A DNA stretch of 38,793 bases from Candidatus Sumerlaeota bacterium (GTDB lineage Bacteria > Sumerlaeota > Sumerlaeia > MWCT01). Position 1 is the stretch's first letter, and each line of letters starts with the position of its first letter. Location of the stretch: contig JAPLSR010000022.1 of the NCBI GenBank assembly GCA_026398545.1, positions 1 to 38,793 of the forward strand. The letters run 5' to 3'. Made by a program: the position numbers and the translations under genes. Positions 17,250-26,628 of the stretch are shown one piece after another. The notes beneath the pieces were generated by a model, which saw only the letters and a list, made by a program, of their open reading frames with translations, ran no database searches and was not told where the DNA came from.

Positions 17250-17335
17250 ATAGCGGGCGACATGCCTGTCATCCGGGTTTGTGCGTATCCGCTCAAACGC
17301 TTATATCTCTCAACAAGGAATTCCTGACTGTTTCG

Positions 17336-18844
17336 TTATTTTGAGGTCTGTTCGATGGAAAGTCCCAATTCCTTGAAGTAAATACCGGTGGACTGGTCGA
17401 GTTCGGTAATAATTTCCCAAAAGTCGCCAATGACTTCGGTCAGATTAATCTGAGTATCAAGAAGGCTCTTCCGCGCGGCGATGAGATTGTCCATGGTTTC
17501 CTTTCCTTCGAGGTAAGCCACCCGTTTCTGCTCAAAAATACCCTTTCGGGAGGACATACTTGCCCGGAGTTCATCCGCCTGCTGGCGCAGGCTTTTTGCA
17601 CTGGCATGTATGCGGTCAATCAGGTTGTATAGTTCCTCTTCCCGGCGGGCAATCTTGGAATTATATTTGTTAATCTCAGCCTCTGCGCGCTTGAGCGAAA
17701 TCTTGAGATAGGTGGGGTCAATCAGGCGGATATCCAGTCCCACCCCGACATTATATCCCGATTTTGCCTCGTAATTCTGTTCCCCAGTAAAGTCGTATGA
17801 ACCTTCAATTCGTCCGAATATGTCCCATTTCCCCTTGCGGGCAAGATTCCTTTTCAGCTCGGAATTTTTCAAGGCAAGTGCCAGAACGCGAATCTCGGCG
17901 TCATTCTGCTTTGCTTCCTGAATCACTTGTTCTATGGTTTGCGAAAGATAGGTTTGTCCATAAATCTTCTCGGCATAAAGATTGATTCGCTCAATTCCAG
18001 CCAGGTTAATATGGTGAATACCGATTTGGTCCTGTAATAGAATCCTATAGGTATTAACATTACCCTCATTTTTCGTTATCTCGGATTGAACGAATTTAAT
18101 CTCATTGTCGACCATGCGGCGGTCGGAGTCTTTAAAGGTCACATGTTTCTGCGCAAGAAGATTTTGATAATCCTTCAGCGCCTCCCTGTCCAAATCCAAT
18201 CGCTCCAGCATGACCTGAAGCCAGAAATAGTTCTCCTGCGCATCGCGAATTGTGTCCCTTACTGCGTTCACGTAACTCAGGCGGGCGTTGAAAACCTCAT
18301 TTTCTTCAAACGTGCGGTCGGTGATTCTGCGTAGTGTTGTATATGAACTGAACAAGGGAAAACGGTATTCTGCCTCCGCAAATGGATAATGGCCGGTTCC
18401 GTCATCCCCCGTTTCGCCACGGTATCCCAGTCCGCCAAATATCTCCGAACCGTCAAAAAACTCTTTCTTCATACCCACACGGGTATTGTATTTATAATTG
18501 GTGGACTTGTTATGACCGTTTTCGTCAGAAGGATATTTCCGGGTGTCTCTCGTGGCAGAGTTGTTCATGATAAAGGGTGTGAACTCGCTAAGCCCCCGTT
18601 CAAACTGTTTGAAGGCATATTCTGCTGACTCAAGGTCATATTTCGCCGCAACGATATTCTTATTGTTATCGTATGTGATGCGAATGATGGAAGAGGCTGA
18701 AACAAGCGGCAGGCTTTTTGTCGTGAGGTTGTCCTTCTCGTTGGACTTGTTAGAGACGTTCTCAGCCCTGACCTCGGGATAAAGCAGGAACAAGGTTAGA
18801 ACCCCAAAAAATTTGAATAGCGCTCTTAAATTAATATTATTCAT
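17336..18844 (-). CDS. TolC-like outer-membrane efflux protein
   Basis: Signal peptide MNNINLRALFKFFGVLTLFLLYPEVRA. Two coiled-coil/beta repeat halves with a C-terminal G..T.ldvl.A...L-type segment (EGKETMDNLIAARKSLLDTQINL). The gene is visibly AT-richer than its neighbours. Confidence 0.7.
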   Translation of the reverse strand: MNNINLRALFKFFGVLTLFLLYPEVRAENVSNKSNEKDNLTTKSLPLVSASSIIRITYDNNKNIVAAKYDLESAEYAFKQFERGLSEFTPFIMNNSATRDTRKYPSDENGHNKSTNYKYNTRVGMKKEFFDGSEIFGGLGYRGETGDDGTGHYPFAEAEYRFPLFSSYTTLRRITDRTFEENEVFNARLSYVNAVRDTIRDAQENYFWLQVMLERLDLDREALKDYQNLLAQKHVTFKDSDRRMVDNEIKFVQSEITKNEGNVNTYRILLQDQIGIHHINLAGIERINLYAEKIYGQTYLSQTIEQVIQEAKQNDAEIRVLALALKNSELKRNLARKGKWDIFGRIEGSYDFTGEQNYEAKSGYNVGVGLDIRLIDPTYLKISLKRAEAEINKYNSKIARREEELYNLIDRIHASAKSLRQQADELRASMSSRKGIFEQKRVAYLEGKETMDNLIAARKSLLDTQINLTEVIGDFWEIITELDQSTGIYFKELGLSIEQTSK

Positions 18845-19149
18845 CTATGCTTTAACTTTGAATAGAGTAAAAAAACTCCACAAGGAATTTCTTTTGCGAA
18901 CGAACACAGTAAATATTTAAGGATATAAAACAAATGTTCAATCCCATAATATTCATTAAAAAACGATTAAAACCGAATACCAGGATGAAATTTCGATTAC
19001 GATTGTCCGACTCGGCGGACGCCTCCAATTCCCAGTTTAGGAATTCCTGGCTAAAAATGGGGGTAAAATTAAGCTTGCGCAGACATCCTGAACACACCTA
19101 TTTTTAAACAGTTATTAATACATTGGACCATAAATGAAGGAGGTTGTCC

Positions 19150-20448
19150 ATGATCTGGAATCCAGAGGCGGAAACCATGCCGGTTGAAGAAAGGAAAGAA
19201 CTCCAACTTGAACGGTTGAAACAACAGGTCAAATATGTGTATGAAAAACAGCCCGCCTACCGCGCCAAGATGGATAAGGTGGGCATCAAACCCTCGGATA
19301 TCAAATCCCTTGACGACCTGCGCAAACTCCCCTTCCTCACCAAGGCGGACATGAGAGACAACTACCCTTATGGACTTTTTACAGTGCCTCTGAAGGAGAC
19401 GGTCCGTGTCCATTCCTCCAGCGGAACCACAGGCAAGCCCACCGCGGTGGGATATACGAGGGAGGATATTGATGTCTGGGCGGAGGTCATGGCACGCGCG
19501 CTCGCCTGCGGAGGCGCCACCCCGGAGTCCGTCATCCAGAATGCTTACGGCTATGGGATGTTCACTGGCGGTCTGGGCATTCATTGCGGCGCAGAGAAGA
19601 TGGGATGCACTGTCCTGCCAGCCTCCAGCGGACAGACCAAGCGCCAGCTTATCTATCTGCAGGACTTCGGCACCACCATGATTACATGCACGCCATCCTA
19701 CTGTCTCCACCTTGGCGAGGCGGGCGCCGAGGAGGGGGTCGATTTCAAATCCCTGCCGCTCAAGTATGGCGTGCTTGGCGCTGAACCATGGTCTGAGGTC
19801 ATGCGGGAAAAGATTGAACAAAGCGTCAACATTATCGCCACAGATATCTATGGACTTTCTGAAATCATTGGACCCGGCGTCGCAAATGAATGCTTAGAGC
19901 AGAAAGGTATGCATATCTTTGATGACCATTTCCTGCCGGAGGTTATCGACCCTGAAACGGGCGAGCCTCTCCCGCCGGGACAGGAGGGCGAACTTATTAT
20001 CACCACACTCACCAAGGTTTGCTTTCCCGCCATCCGTTTCCGCACACGGGATATCACATCCTTGCTCGATGGACCCTGCCCCTGCGGCCGCACCCACATC
20101 CGCATGAGCCGCATTACCGGTCGCACCGATGACATGCTGATTATCCGCGGTGTCAATGTCTTCCCCAGCCAGATTGAAAGCGTCCTCCTTGAGGTGGAGG
20201 GCGTGGAACCGCATTACCTCATTTATTTGCGGCGTGAAGGGGCGTTAGACGATATGGAGATACATGTGGAAGTCAGTGAAAAAGTTTTTTCTGATGAGGT
20301 GAGAAAACTGGAAAAGCTGGAAAAGAAGATACAGGAAGAGATTCAAGGCGTCCTGGGTCTGAGCGCCCGCATCAAGCTGGTTGAGCCCAGGAGCATTGAG
20401 CGCAGCATGGGCAAGGCTAAAAGGGTGATTGATGAACGTAAAATCTGA
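19150..20448 (+). CDS. paaK: phenylacetate-CoA ligase family adenylating enzyme
   Basis: [11 protein letters not shown]...[18 protein letters not shown]...[15 protein letters not shown] 19150 follows GAAGGAGG. Confidence 0.85.
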   Translation: MIWNPEAETMPVEERKELQLERLKQQVKYVYEKQPAYRAKMDKVGIKPSDIKSLDDLRKLPFLTKADMRDNYPYGLFTVPLKETVRVHSSSGTTGKPTAVGYTREDIDVWAEVMARALACGGATPESVIQNAYGYGMFTGGLGIHCGAEKMGCTVLPASSGQTKRQLIYLQDFGTTMITCTPSYCLHLGEAGAEEGVDFKSLPLKYGVLGAEPWSEVMREKIEQSVNIIATDIYGLSEIIGPGVANECLEQKGMHIFDDHFLPEVIDPETGEPLPPGQEGELIITTLTKVCFPAIRFRTRDITSLLDGPCPCGRTHIRMSRITGRTDDMLIIRGVNVFPSQIESVLLEVEGVEPHYLIYLRREGALDDMEIHVEVSEKVFSDEVRKLEKLEKKIQEEIQGVLGLSARIKLVEPRSIERSMGKAKRVIDERKI

Positions 20449-20469
20449 TAAAAGGGAGGAAAAGGGAAA

Positions 20470-20907
20470 ATGAAAGTTCAGCAGATTTCCATCTTTCTTG
20501 AGAATAAATCGGGTCGTCTTGCGGAGATTGCCAATATCCTCGCCAACGCTGTGGTCAATATCCGCGCCGCCTCTCTCGCGGACACAAGCGATTTCGGCGT
20601 GGTGCGCCTTATCGTTGATGATGTGGACAAGGCGGTTGCAGCCCTTCATGATGAGGGCATCACAGCGGTCAAGACAGATGTTATCGTTGTGGAGACCTCC
20701 GACCGTCCGGGTGGGCTTGCAAAAGTCCTCAATGTCATCAGTCACAAGAACCTGAATGTGGAATATCTTTATTCTGTCGGCACACGGGGCGACAAGGCAT
20801 TCATCGTTCTCCGCTTTGATGAACCCGACAGGGCGATTCAGGAGATGCGGGCATCTGACATAAAAATCATCAGCCGTGACGAGTTGAAGTCGCAGGATCT
20901 TGCATGA
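20470..20907 (+). CDS. ACT-domain protein (usual PaaK companion)
   Basis: 145 aa: MKVQQISIFLENKSGRLAEIANILA, with a second ACT-like half VIVVETSDRPGGLAKVLNVI. Confidence 0.75.
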   Translation: MKVQQISIFLENKSGRLAEIANILANAVVNIRAASLADTSDFGVVRLIVDDVDKAVAALHDEGITAVKTDVIVVETSDRPGGLAKVLNVISHKNLNVEYLYSVGTRGDKAFIVLRFDEPDRAIQEMRASDIKIISRDELKSQDLA

Positions 20908-20952
20908 GACCCGTTATCATGAGATGAGCCAATGCGAAGGAGAGGATGAGCG

Positions 20953-22131
20953 ATGGCTGTCGCCGGCAGGCGGGGTGAGGGTGTCCGTTCGGATTGCTGG
21001 ATGTCCCTTGAACTACAGGATTCCGGCGGTCTGGACATCTTTCTGAAAAGCAAGGTCGCCTCCATGTATGGAGAGGCAATAATGCGTCTCTGTCGGGAGG
21101 GGCTTTCCCTTTTCGGCATTGAGCATGCCCGCCTCGAGATTGGTGATTCCGGCGCGCTCCCTTTCACACTCTCCGCCCGACTGGAGACCGTGGTCAAGCG
21201 GACAAAAGCCGGCGTCACAAAAGAGCTCCTGCCGGAGATGTGTCAGGAGTCCCTGTATCAGAGCCCCCGCGAGAGATTTCGCCGTTCCCGCCTTTATCTC
21301 CCCGGCAATGAACCCAAGTTCATGGTCAATGCGGGGCTTCACAAGCCGGATGGCATCATACTTGACCTTGAGGATTCCGTTGCGCCTTTGGAAAAGGACG
21401 CCGCGAGGTTTCTTGTGCGGAATGCCTTGCGCCAGGTTAACTTTTACGGGGCGGAGCGCATGGTGCGCATCAATCAACTCCCCGCAGGACTTGAGGACCT
21501 CAAATTCGTCATCCCGCATAATGTCCACGTAATTCTGATACCCAAGTGTGAAAGCGCAGAGCAGGTGAGGGAGGTGGATGCCGCCGTATCGAGCCTTGCC
21601 GGCGATGCGGGTGCGGCTGTTCATGTGTATCTCATGCCCATTATAGAGAGCGCAATGGGGGCGCTCAGGGCGTATGAAATTGCGTCAGCAAGTCCCCGCA
21701 ATGTCGCACTCACGATTGGACTTGAGGACTACACGGCGGATATTGGCGCGGCGCGCACCGTGGAAGGGCGGGAGAGTTTCTGGGCGAGGTGTCAGGTGGT
21801 TAATGCGGCGCGGGCGGCGGGAATTCAGCCCATCGATTCCGTCTTTTCAGATGTTGCGGACGAGGCAGGACTGATGCAGAGCATCCTTGAGGCAAAGTCG
21901 CTCGGCTTTGAGGGCAAGGGATGCATCCATCCGCGCCAGATTGCCGTGATTCACAAGGGATTCGCCCCGACGGATGCTGAGATAGAAAAGGCAAAAAAGA
22001 TTATTACCGCATTTGAAGAGGCAAAAGCGAGGGGTTCCGCCGTAACAGTCGTTGGCAGTAAGATGATAGACCCGCCGGTTGTCAAACGTGCCCAGCGAAT
22101 CCTCCAACTCGCAACGGCGGATAAGGTATAA
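20953..22131 (+). CDS. fusion of citrate-lyase acyl-carrier (CitD-like) and citryl-ACP/CoA lyase beta subunit (CitE / HpcH-HpaI fold)
   Basis: The N-terminal ~88 aa align by eye to E. coli CitD (AVAG...SD...LDIFLKSKVASMYGEAI...DSGALPFTLSARLETVVKR). The rest is RRSRLYLPGNEPKFM...DGIILDLEDSVAP...CIHPRQI, which is CitE-like. Confidence 0.7.
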   Translation: MAVAGRRGEGVRSDCWMSLELQDSGGLDIFLKSKVASMYGEAIMRLCREGLSLFGIEHARLEIGDSGALPFTLSARLETVVKRTKAGVTKELLPEMCQESLYQSPRERFRRSRLYLPGNEPKFMVNAGLHKPDGIILDLEDSVAPLEKDAARFLVRNALRQVNFYGAERMVRINQLPAGLEDLKFVIPHNVHVILIPKCESAEQVREVDAAVSSLAGDAGAAVHVYLMPIIESAMGALRAYEIASASPRNVALTIGLEDYTADIGAARTVEGRESFWARCQVVNAARAAGIQPIDSVFSDVADEAGLMQSILEAKSLGFEGKGCIHPRQIAVIHKGFAPTDAEIEKAKKIITAFEEAKARGSAVTVVGSKMIDPPVVKRAQRILQLATADKV

Positions 22132-22291
22132 TAACCCATATCATTAATAAGAATATCTCACGAAGAGAACCGCCGCGAATTGTAATCCGCTCTCCACCAT
22201 TCCTTCTCACAAATAACTTGCACTTGACGCACCAGCTACAATATCAATACACATAACTATAAGGCAATTAACAGAATTGTAAATATTACTT

Positions 22292-22678
22292 ATGGACATT
22301 CTAAAACAGATTGACTATTGGCAGAGAGGCTCCGTGGAGGACATGGAGATTGCGGAGGAATTACTCGCAAGCAGAAGATTTCGTTATGCCCTTTTTTTCG
22401 CGCACCTATCTCTTGAAAAGATGCTGAAAGCCCATGTTATCCGCGCCACATCAAAAACTCCTCCAAAGATTCACAATCTTGTGAGACTTGCTGAAATGAC
22501 AGAGCTGGAGATCACTGATGAAAAGATGGAATGGTTGCGGGCTTTCAATGTTTATCAGTTGGAAGGACGCTACCCGGGAGATACACAGATAATCATCTCT
22601 GAAGAAACCGCCCGAAGAGATATATCCCTTGCAGGGGAGATAGTTGAATGGTTGAAAGCACAGTTATCACAGCCATAA
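22292..22678 (+). CDS. HEPN-domain protein (toxin-type partner of MNT)
   Basis: 128 aa. FFAHLSLEKMLKAHV...KIHNLVRL...EGRYPGD fits the HEPN pattern. Confidence 0.8.
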   Translation: MDILKQIDYWQRGSVEDMEIAEELLASRRFRYALFFAHLSLEKMLKAHVIRATSKTPPKIHNLVRLAEMTELEITDEKMEWLRAFNVYQLEGRYPGDTQIIISEETARRDISLAGEIVEWLKAQLSQP

Positions 22679-23007
22679 AAAGATATCTTGCTGCTCTTCC
22701 CGATTATGGGATTCATGCACGCAAGGCTGTTCTATTCGGTTCTTTTGCGCGGGGTAAAAATCACGAATGGAGCGATATTGACCTACTTGTGATCGCCCCT
22801 GAATTTGACACCTCCCTGACGATTGAGACAGTTAAGAAGCTTTGGTTGGCGACTGCCAAAGCCGATAATAGGATTGAGCCGATACCCTGTGGCGAGCATG
22901 AATGGGAAATGGATAGTGGTCGCCCCGTCCTCGAAATCGCCCATCAGGAGGGTATCATCATCACCCATGGTGAACATGGCGGCTTTCTTTCTAATGAAGA
23001 TGAATGA
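22648..23007 (+). CDS. minimal nucleotidyltransferase (MNT) protein
   Basis: LFGSFARGKNHEWSDIDLLVI matches the GSxxRG...DxD motif. Overlaps the HEPN gene by 31 nt. Confidence 0.85.
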   Translation: MVESTVITAIKRYLAALPDYGIHARKAVLFGSFARGKNHEWSDIDLLVIAPEFDTSLTIETVKKLWLATAKADNRIEPIPCGEHEWEMDSGRPVLEIAHQEGIIITHGEHGGFLSNEDE

Positions 23008-23043
23008 TTCATGGGTGTAATGCTCTCAATCCGAATCCGGTTA

Positions 23044-24264
23044 CTACTTACTCACAAACAGCGGCAGGGCGGCGTAAAAGGCGCAGGCGGTGCGCAAATC
23101 TTCAATCGGGCATTTATCCTGATTTGTATGGGCGAAGCGTTCCTCGCCGGGACCGAAGCCGATGGTGGAAATGCCAAGCCGTCCCATGCTGGAAACTCCG
23201 TTGGTGCTGAAGGTCCATTTGCCAATCTTCGGCTCGCAACCGAATAGTGCGAGATATGCCCCCCTTGCATCCTGAACCAGCCGATGTTCCTCGGGCAGAA
23301 CCCATGTGGGATAATATTTCTCCACATCAAGCACCTTGCCGGTATAGGAAGGCTCGGCGAATCTGAGGACTTTTACACCGGCATCACTTGCGGATGAGAG
23401 TTCCCTTATCTGCCGGAGCGCCAATTCCCTGTCCTCGCCTGTAGTCAACCTCCGGTCCAGATAGATGCGGCAGGCATAAGGTATACAGTTGATGGAGTCC
23501 GTGTCGCACTCAACTTTTGTCACGGCAATGGTTCCCTTTCCGAGGAAGGGGTCATCCTTCAGGTTGACATTCAGCGCCTCAACCTCCTTGATGATGGGCG
23601 CCATTTTGTAGATGGCGTTATCGCCGCGTTCCGGCGCGGAGGCATGGGATGAAATGCCCGCTGTGGAAACCATAATTTCCATGCGACCCCTGTGACCCCT
23701 GTAAATTGCGCATCCGGTGCATTCCCCAAGAACCACGGCATCCACCTTTTCCTTTATGGAGTGCTGAATGGCGTGACCGAGGGCAAGCCCGTCGCATGCC
23801 TCCTCCTGAACACTCCCGACAATATAAACGGTGCAGGGGAAATTCCCGCCGACCAGTTCTTTCAAGACCTTCAGTCCGTAAATTTGCACAACCGGCGCCG
23901 CCTTGTTATCCGATGCCCCGCGTCCACAGACATAACCATCCTCCACCTTTCCCTTGAACGGGTCAAATGACCAGGCAGAGAGGTCTGCAACGCCAACAGT
24001 GTCAATGTGGCCATCAAAGACGAGCCGTGGCGAGCCTTTTCCAATGCGCCCGATGACCGAACCATAATCGTCAATAAATGCCTCATCAAAGCCAATCCTG
24101 TCCATCTCCTCCCTGATGCGGAGTGCGACATCCCTCTCCCGCCCGCTTGGAGATGGCAGGGCAATCAGGTCGCGGAGAAAACCAACCATTGCTTCAGTTT
24201 CATCCTCCGCCTTTTTTCTGAGAAGGGAAAAATCCAAAGACCCCTTTTTTATTTGCATTTCCAT
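23044..24264 (-). CDS. ygeY: M20-family metallohydrolase, YgeY-like
   Basis: MVGFLRDLIALPSPSGRE, FDGHIDTVGV, GRGASDNKAA, VGSVQEEACDG. The start is uncertain (ATGs at 24279, 24264 and 24258; the ORF-track TTG is at 24321). Confidence 0.7.
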   Translation of the reverse strand: MEMQIKKGSLDFSLLRKKAEDETEAMVGFLRDLIALPSPSGRERDVALRIREEMDRIGFDEAFIDDYGSVIGRIGKGSPRLVFDGHIDTVGVADLSAWSFDPFKGKVEDGYVCGRGASDNKAAPVVQIYGLKVLKELVGGNFPCTVYIVGSVQEEACDGLALGHAIQHSIKEKVDAVVLGECTGCAIYRGHRGRMEIMVSTAGISSHASAPERGDNAIYKMAPIIKEVEALNVNLKDDPFLGKGTIAVTKVECDTDSINCIPYACRIYLDRRLTTGEDRELALRQIRELSSASDAGVKVLRFAEPSYTGKVLDVEKYYPTWVLPEEHRLVQDARGAYLALFGCEPKIGKWTFSTNGVSSMGRLGISTIGFGPGEERFAHTNQDKCPIEDLRTACAFYAALPLFVSK

Positions 24265-24457
24265 CTTCCCTTTCTTCATAGTTAAGGAAATCTTGTGTTT
24301 CAATTTGGCGGTTAAATGCAAGTCTTTTCGGAGAAGTTCAACCCTGCAAAAGATGTGAGAGACATAAATATAATTTTCGTTGATTTCTTATCTTGCGGTT
24401 CTGTATAAGAAGGTATCAAAATAATTGAGAACTCGCTTTGGGGGTTAATAACCGCCA

Positions 24458-26617
24458 ATGGTACTTTTATATTCCACTCTCAAAGGTGCAGGATACAATG
24501 CCACCCCAACGGGGACAATCTCTCTACAGCATGACAAGATTTCCCCGGACATTTTCGGGGAGATGTATCTTACAGCTATTTCTGCCGGGAAGCCGGAGGA
24601 GCCGGTGCCAGTCAGGGTGCGGCTTATTCGCCGAGAGGTGGATGACAGCTATTTCATTGCCGAATCCCCCCTGCTGTCAGTTGACGGGCGGATTGTAACC
24701 ATTTCCAATTCCGACTATCTCCATTTGCAGATTCGCCTCAAAATACTTAATCGGGGAGCGGAAGGCGCTTACAGTCTTGCTGTGCGTTTCCGTGCCCCGG
24801 CAAAGGGCGAACCACGTTTCATGATTCCGGGAATCTTCTATAAACATAACCGCCCGGCGGGATGCATCGGGAGATATCCCGCCTTTTCCCTGAATCCGGA
24901 AGGGGCAAGTGACCCCTATATTTCCAACTACTGGGCATTTCGCTCTGACCGCTCCTCCGAGCCCGTCGTCTTTGCATGGCAGGATGATTATCATTTTGCG
25001 CTTGCCACCCCTGCCTCCTTTGCCAAAGGGATGAGCGGTCTTTTCTTCAGCGCCGATGGCGAGACGATTGAGATTGGCTTGAATTATCCTTATAGCGAGG
25101 AACCGCTCAAATATTCTCCGTGCTCTGGAACGGACATCACACCTGAGCACACATTTTTCCACCTGAAAAGGAACGAGGAATTTTCCGTCACGTTTGACTT
25201 TGCCATTGGAAAGCGAGACCTCCATTTCTATGCGCCCTTTTTGAGGTTCCTCTATGAGCGCGAGCGAAAAGATATGACCACGCACCCATGGGTCAGTGCG
25301 GATGTCGCTCGCTTCCTCCTCTCCGAGGGTTTATATCGCTGGCATTATGATGACGAGGAGGGAACTCTCTGGGAAACCGCCGCCTTTGACAGATATTTCG
25401 GCAAGAAGGACGGATATTTTGACCGTCTATGCATGCATGTTTCCTGGTTGAGCGGGGTGCCGACTGCCATGGCACTCCTCTGGCAGGGACGTCTGAGCAA
25501 AAATGACAACTATATCCGTGCCGCTATTCGCGTGCTGGATAAAATTGCCTCCGGCATCGCACCGGCGGGGACATTTTATCCCTGCTGGGTTTCCGGCAGG
25601 GGGTGGGCATGTGGCTGGGACCCCACCGAAAACCAGATACAGGCTCGGACGGTTGCCGAAGCGACCTTTTTCCTTCTCCGCGCTATCCGCCTCGAATGCA
25701 AATACGGTCAAACACATCCCAACTGGGTTGAGGCGCTGAAAAAGAGCCTTGAATTTGCCGTCAGGATTCAGCGCGAGGACGGGAGTTTTGGCTCCTATTA
25801 CGACATCTTCAAGGGAGAAGTGACCGATTGGGACGGTGCAGGTGGTCTCTTATGGATAGCCCCACTCATTGGCGCCTATGTCTTTTTTGGTGACGTGCGC
25901 TATCGTCAGGCGGCTCTCAAAGCCGGCGCTTATTACGCCCGCTTCATTGAGGATGAATTCATCTATGGCGCACCGGAGGATGCCCATCTCACACCTACAT
26001 CCGAGGATGGCTATAACGCCCTCATCAGCTATTTGCTCCTTGGCGAGATTGCGCGCGATGAGCGGTGGATTCATCTGGCGCGCAAGGCTGCCGACTGGCT
26101 CCTCACATTCCGCTTCTGTTACAACCTGCTCCTGCCGCAGAATACAATCCTCTCAACCTATGATTTTCACACAATGGGCGGGGATGTCTCTTCTCCACTG
26201 AACCAGCATCTACATTTTTATGGTCTGGTCTGCCATCCTGAACTCATGCGGCTCGGAAAACACCTTGAGGACAATTACTATATTGAACGGGCGCGGGAAC
26301 ATCTAGAATTTTGCCATCAATTCATTGCGCGGGGGGATGGGGATTTCGGCGCACGGGTGGGGATGGTGCCGGAGCAGTTCTATTATACAGAATGGCGTCA
26401 GCCTGCGGGACATGTAATGCCGCTTTCCCATGCCTGGTGCGCGGGGCTTATCCTGTATGCCGACCTCTGGGAAAAGGAAACGCTGGGCGAGAGCACACTT
26501 CGTCTTGAAGAGAAGACCCATCCCATGCTTGCGGATATAATCACTCCAAAGCCCCTCACTCCCACCCCTGCGGAGGAGATTCCCCCCTCGGAAAGGGACA
26601 CAATTTACGACCTCTGA
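24458..26617 (+). CDS. hypothetical 719-aa protein, C-terminal half resembling an (alpha/alpha)6-barrel (six-hairpin glycosidase-like) fold
   Basis: Long ORF with no signal peptide. Aromatic/Gly-rich helical repeats (REDGSFGSYYD, WDGAGGLLWIAPL, ADWLLTFRF). The fold call is weak. Confidence 0.5.
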   Translation: MVLLYSTLKGAGYNATPTGTISLQHDKISPDIFGEMYLTAISAGKPEEPVPVRVRLIRREVDDSYFIAESPLLSVDGRIVTISNSDYLHLQIRLKILNRGAEGAYSLAVRFRAPAKGEPRFMIPGIFYKHNRPAGCIGRYPAFSLNPEGASDPYISNYWAFRSDRSSEPVVFAWQDDYHFALATPASFAKGMSGLFFSADGETIEIGLNYPYSEEPLKYSPCSGTDITPEHTFFHLKRNEEFSVTFDFAIGKRDLHFYAPFLRFLYERERKDMTTHPWVSADVARFLLSEGLYRWHYDDEEGTLWETAAFDRYFGKKDGYFDRLCMHVSWLSGVPTAMALLWQGRLSKNDNYIRAAIRVLDKIASGIAPAGTFYPCWVSGRGWACGWDPTENQIQARTVAEATFFLLRAIRLECKYGQTHPNWVEALKKSLEFAVRIQREDGSFGSYYDIFKGEVTDWDGAGGLLWIAPLIGAYVFFGDVRYRQAALKAGAYYARFIEDEFIYGAPEDAHLTPTSEDGYNALISYLLLGEIARDERWIHLARKAADWLLTFRFCYNLLLPQNTILSTYDFHTMGGDVSSPLNQHLHFYGLVCHPELMRLGKHLEDNYYIERAREHLEFCHQFIARGDGDFGARVGMVPEQFYYTEWRQPAGHVMPLSHAWCAGLILYADLWEKETLGESTLRLEEKTHPMLADIITPKPLTPTPAEEIPPSERDTIYDL

Positions 26618-26628
26618 TAAAAGGTAGC

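Noticed and set aside
18852-19097. 81-aa minus-strand ORF in the TolC-like/paaK divergent spacer
   Set aside because: It is AT-rich and low-complexity (DNRNRNFILVFGF), has no RBS, and occupies the promoter region for two real genes.
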